A stretch of DNA of 62,934 bases, filler included, from Phoronis australis (GCA_002633005.1; 7 parts of 7 records of this genome joined end to end with filler, not necessarily neighbours in it); one strand, 5' to 3'. Positions 49,167 to 62,934 are shown, counted from the first letter of the whole stretch. The notes: generated by a model not told the origin, from the sequence alone. Translations and numbers: made by a program.

Positions 49167-51055
49167 GGACAGGTTGCCTTCGATGCAGGAGCAGATCCGC
49201 TCCACGAATGTTTCACTCTCAGACCCACACATTACTGGAGAGTACGTACATGTACCTTCTTGCCCGCCGCCTCATCTTCCTACGCATATAGACTTGCTAT
49301 GTCTGGATTGGTAGGCACGCACTAGTCCAACGCGCTTGCACCGGCTTTCCATCTACCTCCCTTTCTTTCTCAAAAACAGAACCGAGAAAAATTGCATTAA
49401 ACCTCTGTTATGTCACCCACGTCACGACGAGTGCGGAGTTACAACTCTGTTGCCCAAGACCTATGGTTCATCAAAGCAGTCGTGTAAACAGTAGCAGTCT
49501 ACCCAGACCGTTTTACTTTTTGTCAATTGATACTTTTCATGTCTGACAGGTCTTAGCATTTCTGGAGGTAGTGTTGTTATAAAATGCGACTTGGCAATGC
49601 GTAAGGTTGTTATGCAAGTACTATTCTACTTGAACCTGCTTTATCTGTAATTATAAGAAACCCCGATACTCGGAGGCGTTTCGTCTCCTTCGATAGGATG
49701 ATGTTGACGACTACAATTTTTTTTAATATAATGTTTATTACGACTACAAGTGGCAGGAACTCCGCCCACATGGGATCTCGCCTGTCTAGTGACATTGTCA
49801 ACACTCATTCCATGGGGATGACATTAATATGCATTCCCTGTACGGCTCATGATGTACACTTTATTATTGTTGATATGTGAGGTTGCACTGTTCGTGTATG
49901 ACAAGACATAGCATTGTGCTGATAAATAAAAGTGTATTCGAAGAACCAAAAAACAAGACACATACATGTACGGGTTCACCCAAAGTGACGCAATATACAC
50001 ATAACCTATGTCCAAGAATAACGTTAGGCATAGAAAACACAGTTGAAAGTACACATCTACAGAATTTAACACAAGGTAAAACTTCTTTATTTCAGTGTTA
50101 TAATAGTCATACACAGGGTAGATCGCTGACGTAGAATGTAAAACGATTGTCGATAACATTTACCGCTAGCTGGCTCCCTAACAAAACACTAGATGGCGTG
50201 GTAGAAACAAGTCGCATTTTATGAAACAGTTCCCTGGTCAGTGTTGCATACAAGAAATAGCCTGTAGATAATGCTAGCCTTCTCTGTATTTGTGCGTTAT
50301 TTAGTGCAACCCCTGTGCACAACATATCCAAAGCAACACAAGCTTTCATTCCCGTTCACAAAATAGTAAGGTGCTAATTGAATTCGATATTTTATATAGT
50401 GCTGAAAAAATTATTGGAACGTCTGGCGATGCAGAGTAAGTGGCTCAATTTTTTGTCGTCACTTAATCCTTTTTACCATTTCTTAACTGTTTAGAATTGA
50501 AACTGGACAAGACTTCACGAGTTTTCGCGCAGTTTATTTTTCCACAAACACGTTGAAGTCATTGGCATTTGATTAATGTTTCAGACCTTTGTTATTGCAT
50601 CGATCAGATTCTTCGCGATTATTGTTAGAGAATGTAAGGATACATGGTTTGGGTTTTTTGTAGCCGGATCAATTATCATGATTGATTAGTTTCAATCTAT
50701 AAAATGCAAAAATCGATATCATTTTAATTTTAACCGCTTTATTCGTGAAACTTGGGTCGAGCAACTTAAAATAAATCTCAAAACTTCAATACGACGTAAA
50801 AAATATATGTGTGAGTACATATCACAATTTAACATCGTTGTTTCGGTTTAACAACTTTGGTGTATACGCTCAAGGGCAACAGACTCGCCACCCAATATAA
50901 AAACAGTCAATGCTTTGAAACTTGACTATTTCAGGTTTAGTTTCTATAATTAAAACGGATTAATAATGTTCGCTGTATATGTAGTGTAGGTTCCAAAGGG
51001 TGAAGCAGCACTTATAGATGCGGTGTAATTCATGCGGTGACGGTAGGTCCACGAG

Positions 51056-51155
51056 NNNNNNNNNNNNNNNNNNNNNNNNNNNNNNNNNNNNNNNNNNNNT
51101 TAATTAATTAANNNNNNNNNNNNNNNNNNNNNNNNNNNNNNNNNNNNNNNNNNNN
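51056..51155. other. Artificial contig linker
   Basis: 44N-TTAATTAATTAA-44N. Confidence 0.97.
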
Positions 51156-51547
51156 TCAGTTAAACGCAAATTAATATCGTCCTGAGCGCCACCGGATCCC
51201 AAAAACAACACAACCATTACTAGAATCGTTATCAAGGCCATGTTTGAACTTGAAAAATCTACTCTCAGCGCCCCCTACTGAACTTCACTCTATTGGCCCA
51301 GGCCAAGACAGCACATATTTAGGGGCTCCCTGTTTTGAAGTATCATTCGGGTACGCTCATTTAAATCCAAGCTCAAGTTTTCTGGAGTAAATTGATTCAG
51401 ACGACAATTTTTAAGGAGTGCAAAACTGTATCATTTCTCCAAAGACCCCTCTCTAGCAAGGGATAATTGAGTTATCTGTCTCTATGTCGATAACATCGTC
51501 AGGCCGGGAGTACGTTTTTGTTGACCGTGTGCAGCTGTACGTGTTAA

Positions 51548-53090
51548 AGGAGCCGAATCCCACCCGATCTAATTAGTCTTTTTTACCGTCTTAATCGGTC
51601 TATATCCACATCGCCTCTTATACGGTCGACCTCACCTTGCCGAGAGGTGCCGCGTTAACCCGTGAGGAAGGTGAGAAACGACCCAGCTAGTGAAGATGCG
51701 AAGAAAGCGGGTATATCGTTTTTTCGACTTCTTCGAGAGCCCGAAATACTTAGGAAGTGACTCGCGATAGTGAAGAATGAAAGGTACGCTGTTAATAGCA
51801 AGTATGAGGCCGTGAAACATCTCCGTGTCAGTGGCCGGCATTTCGTCGACAGATTGATTTCTCTGACGAATTCCGGCTTACCAAAGAACTATCCATACGT
51901 TTCGTTGCGTGTGCATGTTCACGGCGCCTCTCTAGTACTTCTTGATCAGTGTAAGCGGGTTCGAACTGATAGCTTGTGAAACCTAACATCCCACCCGTGA
52001 AGTCTTCGTCGCATGAGCTCTTGACTAAGTCGATCGGGATTGGCGCCGGGCGAGTTGCCATGTAGACGTTTATTATTCGGCGTTCTGTTTCAAAAAGAAT
52101 TATTCTCAACCGAACCAATGCTTATATAAAACTGAAACAAAGTCTGTCTCATTAGATACAATTTGTAATGCCTTTTCAGTATTCGTGAGTGCAAATGTTG
52201 AGAAGCCAGCAATGAATAAACCACTGCGTTACCGGCTTTCGATGCCGGCAATAATTGACCGGGGACCGAGGCCGTGTTAGCCCATGCTAATTCAGTGTTT
52301 GCTGACAAAAAGCTGTTGTGAAACAATTACTCGATTTTATATCCTATGGTCAGATGTTAGGGGAATCTTACAAATGCATTATTCAAATCATTGTTACTGT
52401 ACAACCTTTGCCCTGACGGTCTGTGGAAGGTGAACCCGACTTCGCGTCCCCCGACAAGTGAGTAGATTTTCAGTTTCGTGGCTAATTCACATTTATAATT
52501 ACGTGTTCATTATTTCTTTCAAATTGGCTTACTATTATAGTGATAACGGGAAAACGAGTCAGTCCGGCCGCGACGGGCCTGATCGGGTTCCGAGCCCACT
52601 GGCCGGGATAACAAGCGTTTTGTGTGTTTAAAACTAAAAAAATCATACGTCTAAAGAACACAGATCTAGGTTCTCCTGTCTGTACTTCACGGAAGAATAC
52701 TTCGAATTTGTCTCCGAACAGACCCCAAACTCCTGCTACGGACCTTGGTAAATTGGCTGCCGAACTTTGTAGGCTACGGTGTGTCTAAATGCCAATAAAT
52801 CCGTAACAGCAAAATAAAACAACACGTTTGTATGAGAACTCGGTGTATCTTTAAGGGTTTCACATCGAAGTTTGATGATTTATTGGTGCTAAACGTGAAT
52901 TCAAGCGATAAACTGACACCAGTAACCCCTGTTGTGAACTACTGAACAGACTGCGTGTGAAACCAATGACGTCACTTGATAATTTCAACACCTCCGTCTG
53001 CAGGTAACGCAACCGAACGTGCCGTTATCGAGTAGAACTACTCGATCTAAATTGATACAAAATAGGTTGTTTTTTGGGTGGCATTCTCCT
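51548..53090. mobile_element. Kolobok-like non-autonomous DNA transposon, copy 2 (both ends present)
   Basis: TTAA|AGGAGCCGAATCCCACCC ... GGGTGGCATTCTCCT|TCAA: imperfect TIRs with a TTAA-type target site; inverted homologue of 11022-12596; YQFEP remnant. Confidence 0.8.
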
Positions 53091-54891
53091 TCAAACGGAT
53101 TAAAAGGGCTCAAGGTGCACGTACTAGCAATCGTAAATAAACATTTCGTGGATTTCTGGAACGCAAATTTAATCCATGATCTGTGACAGGCTACACCTGG
53201 AATGAACCAGTCACGTTAACACGAATAAATCATGAAAAGTTCTTAGGACAGGTTCCCCAATACCCGCGTGGTACATCCGAATCACTCGTTCTCCCCCGGT
53301 TGTACGTGAGGTACATGTAAAAGGGGTACCTCTTCGGGATTTACATAAAATTCCATACCGTTAATCACAGATTTGAAAAAAAATCTAGGAGCAACTTAAC
53401 AACTGGCAGCCAATCCAGAGTTCGTGTGCCTCTGGTTTTCATGTGTTGCCATGTGATGACCCAACACATCAAGGTTATTTTAAACAACGGTCTGTTTACA
53501 TGTTTATGTATCAACGAAAATCGTCTTGTTCATAAATGATTTTTACTATTGCAAGCTAATCTGGTAAGAAATTGACAGTGATCCAGTGCAGACTAAAATT
53601 CAGCAAAATCTTTCCCGAGCTCCTACCCAAACAGTAAAACGCACTACTGTAGTTTTTGCCAATTCCAAAATAACCCTCAAAGAAATTGGTGTTTAGATGA
53701 ATTTTGATACTTTGGCTTAGAGCGATGGTATTCAGGCAGCCCAGTATCCTTTGCCCGCCTCCGGGAGACATACACCTGAAACTCGGGTACCCATTTTCAA
53801 TAAGCGATTTCGAAGCAACTCCTTTGGTAATGTACCTTGGACCTCGTAGCCGCACCCTTTCAAAGTCAACCCTTCAATCCATGCCGTGAAAAAGTGACTT
53901 TTTTTAAGCCGGAGCCAAACCCTAATGGAAGAAATCTTGAGGACCTGAAGGGTTCGCTGACCATGGAGCCACCAGAGAAAAAAAAAATGATGTTACATAT
54001 AACCAGAATTACGGAATTAAGCCATCAATTTAAAACTACATGTAAAAGGACTAGTACAACTTATGGGAAGTAGGTACGCACAAATCATTTGGGAATAGTG
54101 CACTCATGCAGATTCATGACCTTCAAAATATTTATTTTTAAAATAACTTATAACAGAAGATAATGGATGGGTATTTTTGAGAAACACTTACTGGAAGGTT
54201 GTTAATGATATTAAGTAAAGCATTAAGAACTGAATCTTTTGCAAATTATATCCGAACCCAAAGATAACTTCTAAACCGATTAAGGAACAAAATATAACCA
54301 ATTTTACGGTATGTGGTCTGGATCAAAACCATCTTCTTAGAGAAATCACGGATCTAATGCCTCTTTAAAAGGCAAAACAACGTGCTCCAACCAGTCAAAA
54401 CGCAAACTAAATCTGTGGTTTTCAAGTATAGCGCTGGATGTACGGAACTTTTTTTACAGGTGATGACGTGCGTGACTCCAACTTAATGTCGACAGAGACT
54501 GGTGAAAAGAGGCTGAATCGAAGACGTAATGGAAATTCAACAAGTGTCATTTTTGCATCCGATGCATCGCCAGAAAGTAGCAACAATAGGCCTGAGAAAA
54601 TCCCAATGCTTGATGAAAACAGTTATGACACTAGCGTGTAGAAACATATCTAATCAATTTGAAGAAAGGTGAATGTTGCACAACTCGGTTTGCACCGTCC
54701 GAGTGCATACAGGCAAATCACAATCAAGGTCCATATTCGGTGGCCACTTTTGGTGAAAAATGAATGTTGTCATATAACTTTAAAGCTGGGTTATTTTAAA
54801 GTACCATCATTCCAGGTTTGTAATCTAAAATATTTTTGCACAAGAACCACCGAATAAAATTTTATGGCCTAATGCATCACAGTACACAAAA

Positions 54892-56426
54892 GGGTACGTA
54901 CACTACAACTTGTGGTCACAGCCAACTTCTACCATGCAAAAATTCATAAGGTGGCTGTTAATTTAACAAGTTCTTGATCAAATTGAAGAAGTATCACATA
55001 CTAAAGTAAGAAAGGTAATTACCGTGCTGATCAAGTTGTTCTAGATGATGATACATTGCACATCTTAACACAGTATAATGAGAACTTCCTCTCTTGCAAT
55101 ATGATTCTCATAAAAAGAAAATGACAAGTAACTACTTTTTTCAAAACCTTTATTGGTACTATTTGCTTAGTTTTCTGAATCTGTCAATACATTCACCAGT
55201 TGGTTAAAATAGTTAAAGCAATGCTAGGCCCAGTGTTCCACTTGTAAACAGTAAAAATGGTACTGGTTGGGGAGTACGTACACTACGCGCAGTCAATCAA
55301 CTTCAAATTTTGACTAAGTTACAAATGTATGGGATGGTCTCGAGCTTTGTGCTGCTTCTACTTGTTGGTTTGTTGCAAGTTGTCTTGAGAGACAGAAAAC
55401 CTGCCTCCGCAACATCAGTTGTCACATGACGTGTCTTCTAGGATGTTAAGTACTAGCCAAGTCCTATCTGGCATTTTATTGTCCAAAAATTTGATAATGC
55501 CCATTGTTTTTTGTCAGACTGGATTCATTTTGGAAATATCAGTATTGTTCATAAGAACAGCAGTATGTAAACATACTTATGAGCAATACTTTATAGCATA
55601 GAGATTGAAGGTATGTACACTACATAGGGGTACGTACACTACATTTCAATGATTTGTCAGGTTTATAAATAACACTTAGAATCTAATGAGAGTTAGTTCA
55701 TTTACCAAATCTATTTAAAGAGAACAAATAAAAAGTACAGCATACATGTGCATATCTGTCTGTCATTTTTTGAAAACAGGAACATGTTAAAATATAGGGG
55801 TACGTACACTACACAAATGCTAATATTTCACTCAAAACAAATGTATTTGAATTAACACCCTTTTAACCTAGCATTTTAATGAAGGAGACTGTCTGTGACA
55901 AATGTTGTTTACTTACCGTGTAATATTTTTGTTTCATGGTATTTGTTCACATGGGGGTACGTACACTACACAGGGGGTACGTACACTACATTTCAATGAC
56001 ATGTCAGGTTTGTAACTAAATACTAAGAATCTACTGAGAGTTAGTTGATTTACTAAATCAATTCAAAGAGAAAAAATACAAAGCCAAGCATTCATGTGCA
56101 TATCTGCCGTACTTTGAAGATAGGCACAAATTAAAATATAGGGGTAAACCTAACATTTTTGAGGAAGGAAACTGTCTACGATCAGTGTTGCTCACTTACC
56201 AAGTGATATTTTAATTTCATGGCATTTGTAAACATGGGGGTACCTAAACTACAAGGGGGGTACATACACTACATCACTGTTTCTGCATCACATGGTAACA
56301 TAATGTTGTATGGCCATTTATTTTTCTTTGATTATAATAAGCACCATGTTGTTATTTAAAAGGCAATAATTTCATTTGCAGTGATCATTTGTGTTACTGA
56401 ATTTCACATGGGGGTACGAACACTAT
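54892..56426 (+). repeat. Array of about 10 same-orientation GGGGTACGTACACTACA motifs, including a diverged ~347-bp tandem duplication (55627-55972 / 55974-56272)
   Basis: Motif at ~54892, 55270, 55610, 55627, 55797, 55953, 55973, 56236, 56255, 56410. Confidence 0.85.
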
Positions 56427-58355
56427 ATTTTGTTAGCCTTTTTGGCCCATTTTCAACATAGCAGAACCCAGTCAATATCCAAACTTTTGGTTTATTTAGT
56501 AGATATTGAATAATTTGCTGCGTTGCCTAGGCTAACATATTCTGCAGTTCTTTTTGTGACAGAGTTTGAACTTTAGTTTTTAACCTTCATTACAGTAGGT
56601 GAGGGTTAGAAACACAGAATTTACAAATTTCGTAACGAGTGCCTGTTTTATGATGAACCCTACCATTTCTCAATGATTAAGCACAACTTTATCTAAGTGA
56701 TTCTAAAAGTGACTCAAGTTATTTCCAGTCATATCTAAGCAATTGCTTACTTGATAAAATAAATTTCTTTTCTACTGTTGACAATTGAAAATTGTATTTT
56801 TTAAATTGGCTAAAAATGCATGAAATTCATAGAAAAAAAAACATGCATAAATTTCTCAAACATTGTCCGATTTTGACAATTCTTTTTCTTAATTTGCACA
56901 GCTAAATAACTCTTTGCATATGAGATTCAGTTGGCATTTGGTAAGTGACCAAAAAGTTAATTTTAGACAGTAACACAGTCAACTCTCGAATATGGACCTT
57001 GATTGTGAGCTAGCCGATATCTTTCGTTTTCCAGCAACAATAAGGTCAAGTTCAATTCCAAAGCTTTTTGCCGTCACGTATATAGAGAATCCTACACTCG
57101 TCTCAGGTTTGTGACGAGGCCTAAACGTCTTGGAAATTTCTTCAAAATCTCGAGGCTTTAGGGTCTGTTTTATCACATGATCCGTAAAAACGATCTTTTT
57201 CCGAAAAACTCGACGTGTATAAAACTTTCACCACATGACGCAATTTTTGTAAAAACACGCTTGCGCAAAGTAAATCAGTTACTTTTTTGTTAATAGTTTT
57301 ATATTGAACTTAGCAATTGTAAATTACATTCAGCTTTCGTACCAAATATTCAAGTTAGAATCTAATAAATAGTCTTTGAAGTTCTAATATTAAAGCTTTA
57401 AAATCGTTTGTAAATAACAGTCAGCAAGGCTTCCCAGCGCGTGAGCACTGAATTGACCTTGAGACAGCACAGCTAAACAGTCTCACCGCATTTCTTGAGT
57501 TCGGGTCGTGGATCATATGGAATTCGCCGCCGAAGATGGGTCCGTTTAAGAAGTTGTTTGCATGTCTTTCCGATCGACTGGGAATACGTTCAGTTGCGAC
57601 ACTTTATTTGTCGATCATAATGTTGTCAACTTCTTGGAATTCCGGCATTGTTTGGTTGGCGCGCGTTTGGTTGTTTTAGTGTATTGCAGACGATAAAATG
57701 TAAGACGTATCAGGAAGAGATCTCTTCCTGGACGTATGGATTTCTACTTAGCACTACTTTGTGATTCGCCTATGTAAAAATCAAAAAACTTACGTACTCG
57801 ATGTTATTAAGCAGTCGTGTCGTAACACATTCTAGATCGTTTGAGAAATCCATTTTCAGTACGACGTGAAATTGTCACTTTCACAGTAAAGACATGTTAT
57901 GAAAAAGTCTTATAAAACACAATTCTGAAGTCCAGGTAATCGAGCCAATAACAAAAACGTGAATTGAAAATTCACCCTGTGTGTAGCTTGGGGATTGGGT
58001 CCCCATGGTGATGTCCTGTGGATCTTTAGCTCGTAGTTTTTTACAAACTTAACGATAGAGTACAGAGGCATGTGGCTCATTTTAGAGCCGTTGCTTCGCA
58101 GTCCTTATGTAGCATCTTTCTGAATTGGTCTGTGCCTGATAGATCTCATCAATTGGTTCAACAAACGGCTCACTCGTTTGTTGCTAGGACATGCCGTACT
58201 CATGTAAATCGCGATTTCCCGACTCAGCTTTTGTTTTTTATTAACTGATCAATCCACGCTTTAATCCCAGGGGCGGATCTACGTTTTCAGTAAGGGGGGG
58301 TTTAGGATTCCCGCAAAGGTCGAATCCTAGGCGCGTGGCGCCGAGAGGGGGGGGG

Positions 58356-58455
58356 NNNNNNNNNNNNNNNNNNNNNNNNNNNNNNNNNNNNNNNNNNNNT
58401 TAATTAATTAANNNNNNNNNNNNNNNNNNNNNNNNNNNNNNNNNNNNNNNNNNNN
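58356..58455. other. Artificial contig linker
   Basis: 44N-TTAATTAATTAA-44N. Confidence 0.97.
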
Positions 58456-58719
58456 TATAGTGGAATTATTGGCTTATTCATTACACCAACCCTGAATCAT
58501 ATTGGGCTGGAAGTGGCTTTGCTCTCTGCTATTGGAGATATTATTAGTTGTTCCCATACACAGGTTTTGTCTGCAACTGATATGAGGGGAGAATTTAGCA
58601 GCTGATTTCACCTGAATTTGATGAAACGTAAATAAATTTGTGCAACAAAAAGTTCATAATTAAATGTTTAACATTTAGTGCTCAAAATTGGTTTAATATG
58701 TATGTTTTTCATGAACATA

Positions 58720-60436
58720 GGTTACTGATTTTAGAGGAAATTTGTGCCAGCAAACCAAACGGCAGTGATCTGCAGTCACTTTCTGGGATGTATTGGATAT
58801 GTAATGTCATGCACTAGGCTTCAAGTTCTTGAGACCGTGTAGGTACCAAACAGTGTGATCCGTTATGTTAAATGGAAAAATGTGTGGATAAAGCAGTAAG
58901 GAGGTATATGTTGATAGACTCAGTACTGAATGCTATCGTAACAGCCAGAGCATTCAACATCCCACTTCCAAATATTGACAGATCAAGTAACGCCAATCCA
59001 GAACCAATGACTTCATGATTTGAAGAAAGGAATACCGGTTCTTCAGAAATTCCAGGAGTCCCTAATGTCACCAACACACAACACACAGATACCGTGCCAA
59101 AACGTGGAGCAATTCAATGCTTGTACACAAACGGTGGCTTGTCAAAGATCCCAACTGGTCACATAATTAGAGATGTATACACTGGGAAATGTAATGCGCA
59201 GGCAGTGCATTTCGATTCTGAACCTTGGATTACAGTGGAATACTCTCACGAGAGTTCACTTCTGGCTTCCGACATGCTGCCACTGATATATTCACACAGG
59301 ACTGAATCAGATTATAAGTCTTCAGAATTCGCAGTGACAGAATGGTTTGTCAGAAGAATCAATGGCCATGCACTGATATAATTGATGATAACTTGAAAGC
59401 TGGTCTGAAGCTGTATAATGATCTTATTATTGGCATGACGTCTATGCTGCGATGTATGCTCGTCGGAGTGTCTTGTAGGAATCCATAAAAACGAAGCACA
59501 CAAATATGACTTGACTTTGCAAAGTCGAACAAGCAGTCTCTGGCTACAGTATATGAAGATGATTGACATCCTTTAACGTTTTCTAAAAGCAGAAATAACG
59601 TCATATTGGGAACTTCATCTAAAAGCAGTTTCTGAAATGCTGCCTTACTTTGCAGCTGCTGGTCACGTCTCATACGCAAAATTTGCATACATACAATTGC
59701 AGCAGATGCGCCAACTCAAAGGCATCACCCATCCAGACGTCTACAGCACCTTTATTAACGGCCACCATGCCATAAGACGAAGTGACAGACTCGGAAGAGG
59801 CTAATCATCTGACCTTGTAATTGAACAAACGCTCACGAAAACCATTAAATCAACAGGAGGTTTAACTAGAGGTTGCGGAATGGGAGATACGTAGCGTGCA
59901 CAGTGGTTTCTTTCCTTGCCAGCATGCTCAAATATAAATGGTGGCATGGAGAGTATGACAAACTTGAGTTGTGAAACACGTGAGCAGCCTAAAGGATGTA
60001 CCCTGGCAAGAGAGTCGCGGGACGACATAGACTTCCTCAGTCTTGCTGATTTTCTCCACAAGAGAAACCCATTTGAAAGGGAAACATTACAGAGTGTCGC
60101 CATTGATGTGACTGCAGGTCCAGGAGTCAATGTCGAAGATACCAGAGAAGCGGGGAAGGCAATTCTCTTGTCTATAGAGGGGTCGAGTGTGAAAGACTTC
60201 ACATTCAGAAAGAAAGACAAGGTTATGACAATGAAAAGTCCACTAGTTCATGTTACCAATAGTGATTTTACACAAGTGGGTCCATGGCTGCTATTTCAGC
60301 GATTACTGACACCTGCAAAAGACAACAGTGAATGTTTATCAAGCCTTTTGAAGTTTGAGCTGTGTGTTGGTCCCCCCGCTCTTTTTTGATACATCTGGTC
60401 TTCCCAGGAGTCGCTAATAAATCAATATTAGCAGAT
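58720..60436 (+). pseudogene. Academ-type DNA transposase pseudogene
   Basis: FLGCIGYVM, SRTSSLWLQYMKMIDIL, WELHLKAVSEMLPYFAAAGH..YAK, HPDVY..F.NGHHAIRRSDR, DLVIEQTL...KSTGGLTRG, LLFQRL...FELC..PPALF; several stops. Confidence 0.8.
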
Positions 60437-61246
60437 ACATGTATACTCTGGTTCAGTGAATTACAGCCTACCTACTACTTGGTGACCATGTTAGAAAATG
60501 GCAGAAGTAATCATTAGAACCAAACCTAATGAGTCTCAATGGATTAGTCGGCACAGAAAACCTATGGTGCGATGTTTGAAGTAAGACGACACACTAACCT
60601 GTTCATGCGAACTTGTGCGACTTGAAGTAGTTTTGGGGGCCATCTTTGAAAATGGTGGACGGTGTCACCTCAGCCATGCAAAACTATTTCCAATGGATTT
60701 GTTGACCCACAAAAGACACGTAAACCTTTTTAAATTTTTACTGTATCACATTCCACTCTCGAGTTATAATGGTCAATGCAAATCTGCCGGCCATTTTGTC
60801 CTTCATCTTGAAAAACCAACTTTCGCCACTTCGATTCCGGTAGACTTTTTGCTCACACTAAGGGGCGTGAGAGGATACGATTTATGCAATAAAACCTTCT
60901 GTTTCAATTATTTCCGGGTCATCCGTAGAATGACTGGACTCATGCATGACAAAATTTATGAAAACTGCAGCCACGCAACCCGTTAGGTGCGGATTTATCC
61001 ACCGAGGATCATTTTCGGGGGGATTGGATTTCGTCGCACCGAAACATCTGACCCGAGGCATTCTGCATTATTCTCTTTTCACCATGTTTGCTATGAAAGT
61101 ACGCCAATCGTTTGGAATAAGCAAATTACATAACCACTTCACTCCCCACCGTTGCGTTATTGCCGCTTTGGAACGCGTGGGGAATCTCAAATTTGGTTTC
61201 ACTTGAAGTAGACAAAAACCATTTAAACGGAAACGAAAGTAAAATT

Positions 61247-61346
61247 NNNNNNNNNNNNNNNNNNNNNNNNNNNNNNNNNNNNNNNNNNNNTTAATTAATT
61301 AANNNNNNNNNNNNNNNNNNNNNNNNNNNNNNNNNNNNNNNNNNNN
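61247..61346. other. Artificial contig linker
   Basis: 44N-TTAATTAATTAA-44N. Confidence 0.97.
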
Positions 61347-62934
61347 CTGCCTCCGCTGGCCTCTGCTGGCTTTCACTTGTCTCCACTGGCCTCCACTGGC
61401 CTGCACTGGCCTCGACTGGCCTCCATTGGCCTCGACTGACCTCCACTGGCCTCCACTGTCCTCCATTGGCCTCCACTAACTTCCACTGTCCTTCACTGGC
61501 CTCTACTGACCTCCACTGTCCTCCACTGTCCTCCACTGGCCTCCACTGGCCTTCACGGGCCTCCACTGTCCTCCAATGGCCTCTACAGGCCTCCACTGTC
61601 CTAGGCTGGCATCCGCTGGCCTCCGCTGGGCTCCACTGGCCTCTGCTGGCCTCCACTGGCCTCCTCTGGCCTCCATTGTCCTCAGCTGGCTTCAGCTGGC
61701 CACCGCTGGCGTCCAATGACTTCCACTGCCCTCCGCTGGCCTCTTCTGGCAACCGTTGGCTTCTGCTGGCCTCCCCTGGCCTCCGCTGGCCTCAGCCGGC
61801 CTCCGCCGGCCTCCGCCAGCCACCGCTAGCCTCCGCCGGCCTCCGCCGCTATCCGCCGGCCTCCACTGTCCTTTATTTTCTTACCGGGGCCTCTATTGGC
61901 CTTTAATGGCCTCCACTGACCTGTATTGGCCTCCACTGGCCTCTGTTAGCCTCCACTAGCCGCCACTGGTCTCCACTATTCTCCACTAGCCTCCACTGGC
62001 CTCCACTGTCCCAGGGTGGCCTCCGCTGTCCTCCGCTGGCCTCCGCTGGCCCCCCGCTCGCCCCTGCTGGCCCCCGCTGGCCCCCACTGGCCCCCACTGG
62101 CCCCCGGTGGCCCGCGCTGGCCGCCTCTGGCCCCCCCGGCCTCCGCTAGCCTCGGCTGACTTCTGCTGGCCACCGCTGGCCTCATGGGCCTGCATTATTC
62201 TCAACTGGTCTCCACGGATCTTCACAGGCCTCCGCTGTCCTCTGCTGGCCTCCTGTGGCCACCGCTGGCCTCCGCTGGACTCCGCTGTCCTCCGCTGGCC
62301 TCCCCTGGCCTCCACTGGCCTCCTCTGGCCTCCATTATCCTCAGCTGGCTTCAGCTGGCCTCCGCTGGCCTCCGATGCCTTCCGCTGCCCTCCGCTGGCC
62401 TCTTTTGGCAACTGTTGGCTTCTGCTGGCCTCTGCTTGACTCCTCTGTCATCCGCTGGCCTCCCCTGGCCTCCGCTGGCCTCCGCCGGCCTCTGCCGGCC
62501 TCCGCCAGCCTCCGCTAGCCTCCGCCGGCCTCCGCCGTCCTCCGCCGGCCTCCGCTGGTCTCCGCTGGCCTCTGCTGGCCTCCGCAGTCCTCCACTGGCC
62601 TAAACTGGCTTTCACTAGCCTCGACTGGTCTCCATTGATATCGACTGGCTTCCACTGGCCTCCACTGGCTTCCACTGTCCTCCGCTGGCCTCCACTGGCC
62701 TCCACGGGCTTTCACTTGCCTTCGCTGGCCTCTGCTGGCTTTCACTGGCCTCAACCGGCCTCCACTGTCTTTCAATGGCCTCGACTGGCCTACATTGGCC
62801 TCGACTGGCCTTGACTGGCATCCGCTGGCCTCCTCTGGGCACCGCTGGCCTCCGCTGGCCTCCGCTGGCCTCCACTGGCCACCACTGTCCTCCACTGGCC
62901 TCTACAAGCCTCCACTGTCCTTCACTGGCCTCTA
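61347..62934. repeat. GC-rich 10-bp satellite (CTGGCCTCCR)n
   Basis: About 150 diverged decamers filling the whole segment. Confidence 0.97.

Noticed and set aside
48004-49232. 370-387 aa ORFs (also 40659-40929)
   Set aside because: Made almost entirely of translated N gaps
54892-56426. Interspersed 17-bp motif as a CRISPR-like array
   Set aside because: Spacing is highly irregular (about 17 to 380 bp) and the motif is too short
61291-62895. Many overlapping ORFs in the last segment
   Set aside because: By-products of a stop-poor GC-rich decamer satellite; open in several frames on both strands

Overview
Eukaryotic genomic DNA, AT-rich, intron-containing and transposon-dense. It is probably from a marine invertebrate (lophotrochozoan-like; this is inference). 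The window is not continuous: six artificial 100-bp linkers (44N-TTAATTAATTAA-44N) join seven unrelated segments. Host genes are three phase-consistent exons of a divergent dynein heavy chain-like gene (222-2242, +), a single-coding-exon FMRFamide-receptor-like class A GPCR (23671-24816, -) and the first two coding exons of a THSD7-like thrombospondin-repeat gene (43316-46200, +). The rest is mostly decayed mobile DNA (THAP/P-like, Kolobok, hAT MITEs, Crypton-like hairpin element, Academ, LINE fragments) and satellites. The most notable item is at 6025-9502 (-): the 3' part of an LTR retroelement. In transcription order it has a PHD-finger fragment, a splice acceptor, a frameshifted gene for a C2H2 zinc finger + unknown domain + complete TatD nuclease domain in the position where env usually sits, then a polypurine tract and an LTR. 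All family assignments come from motif recognition by eye; no searches were run.
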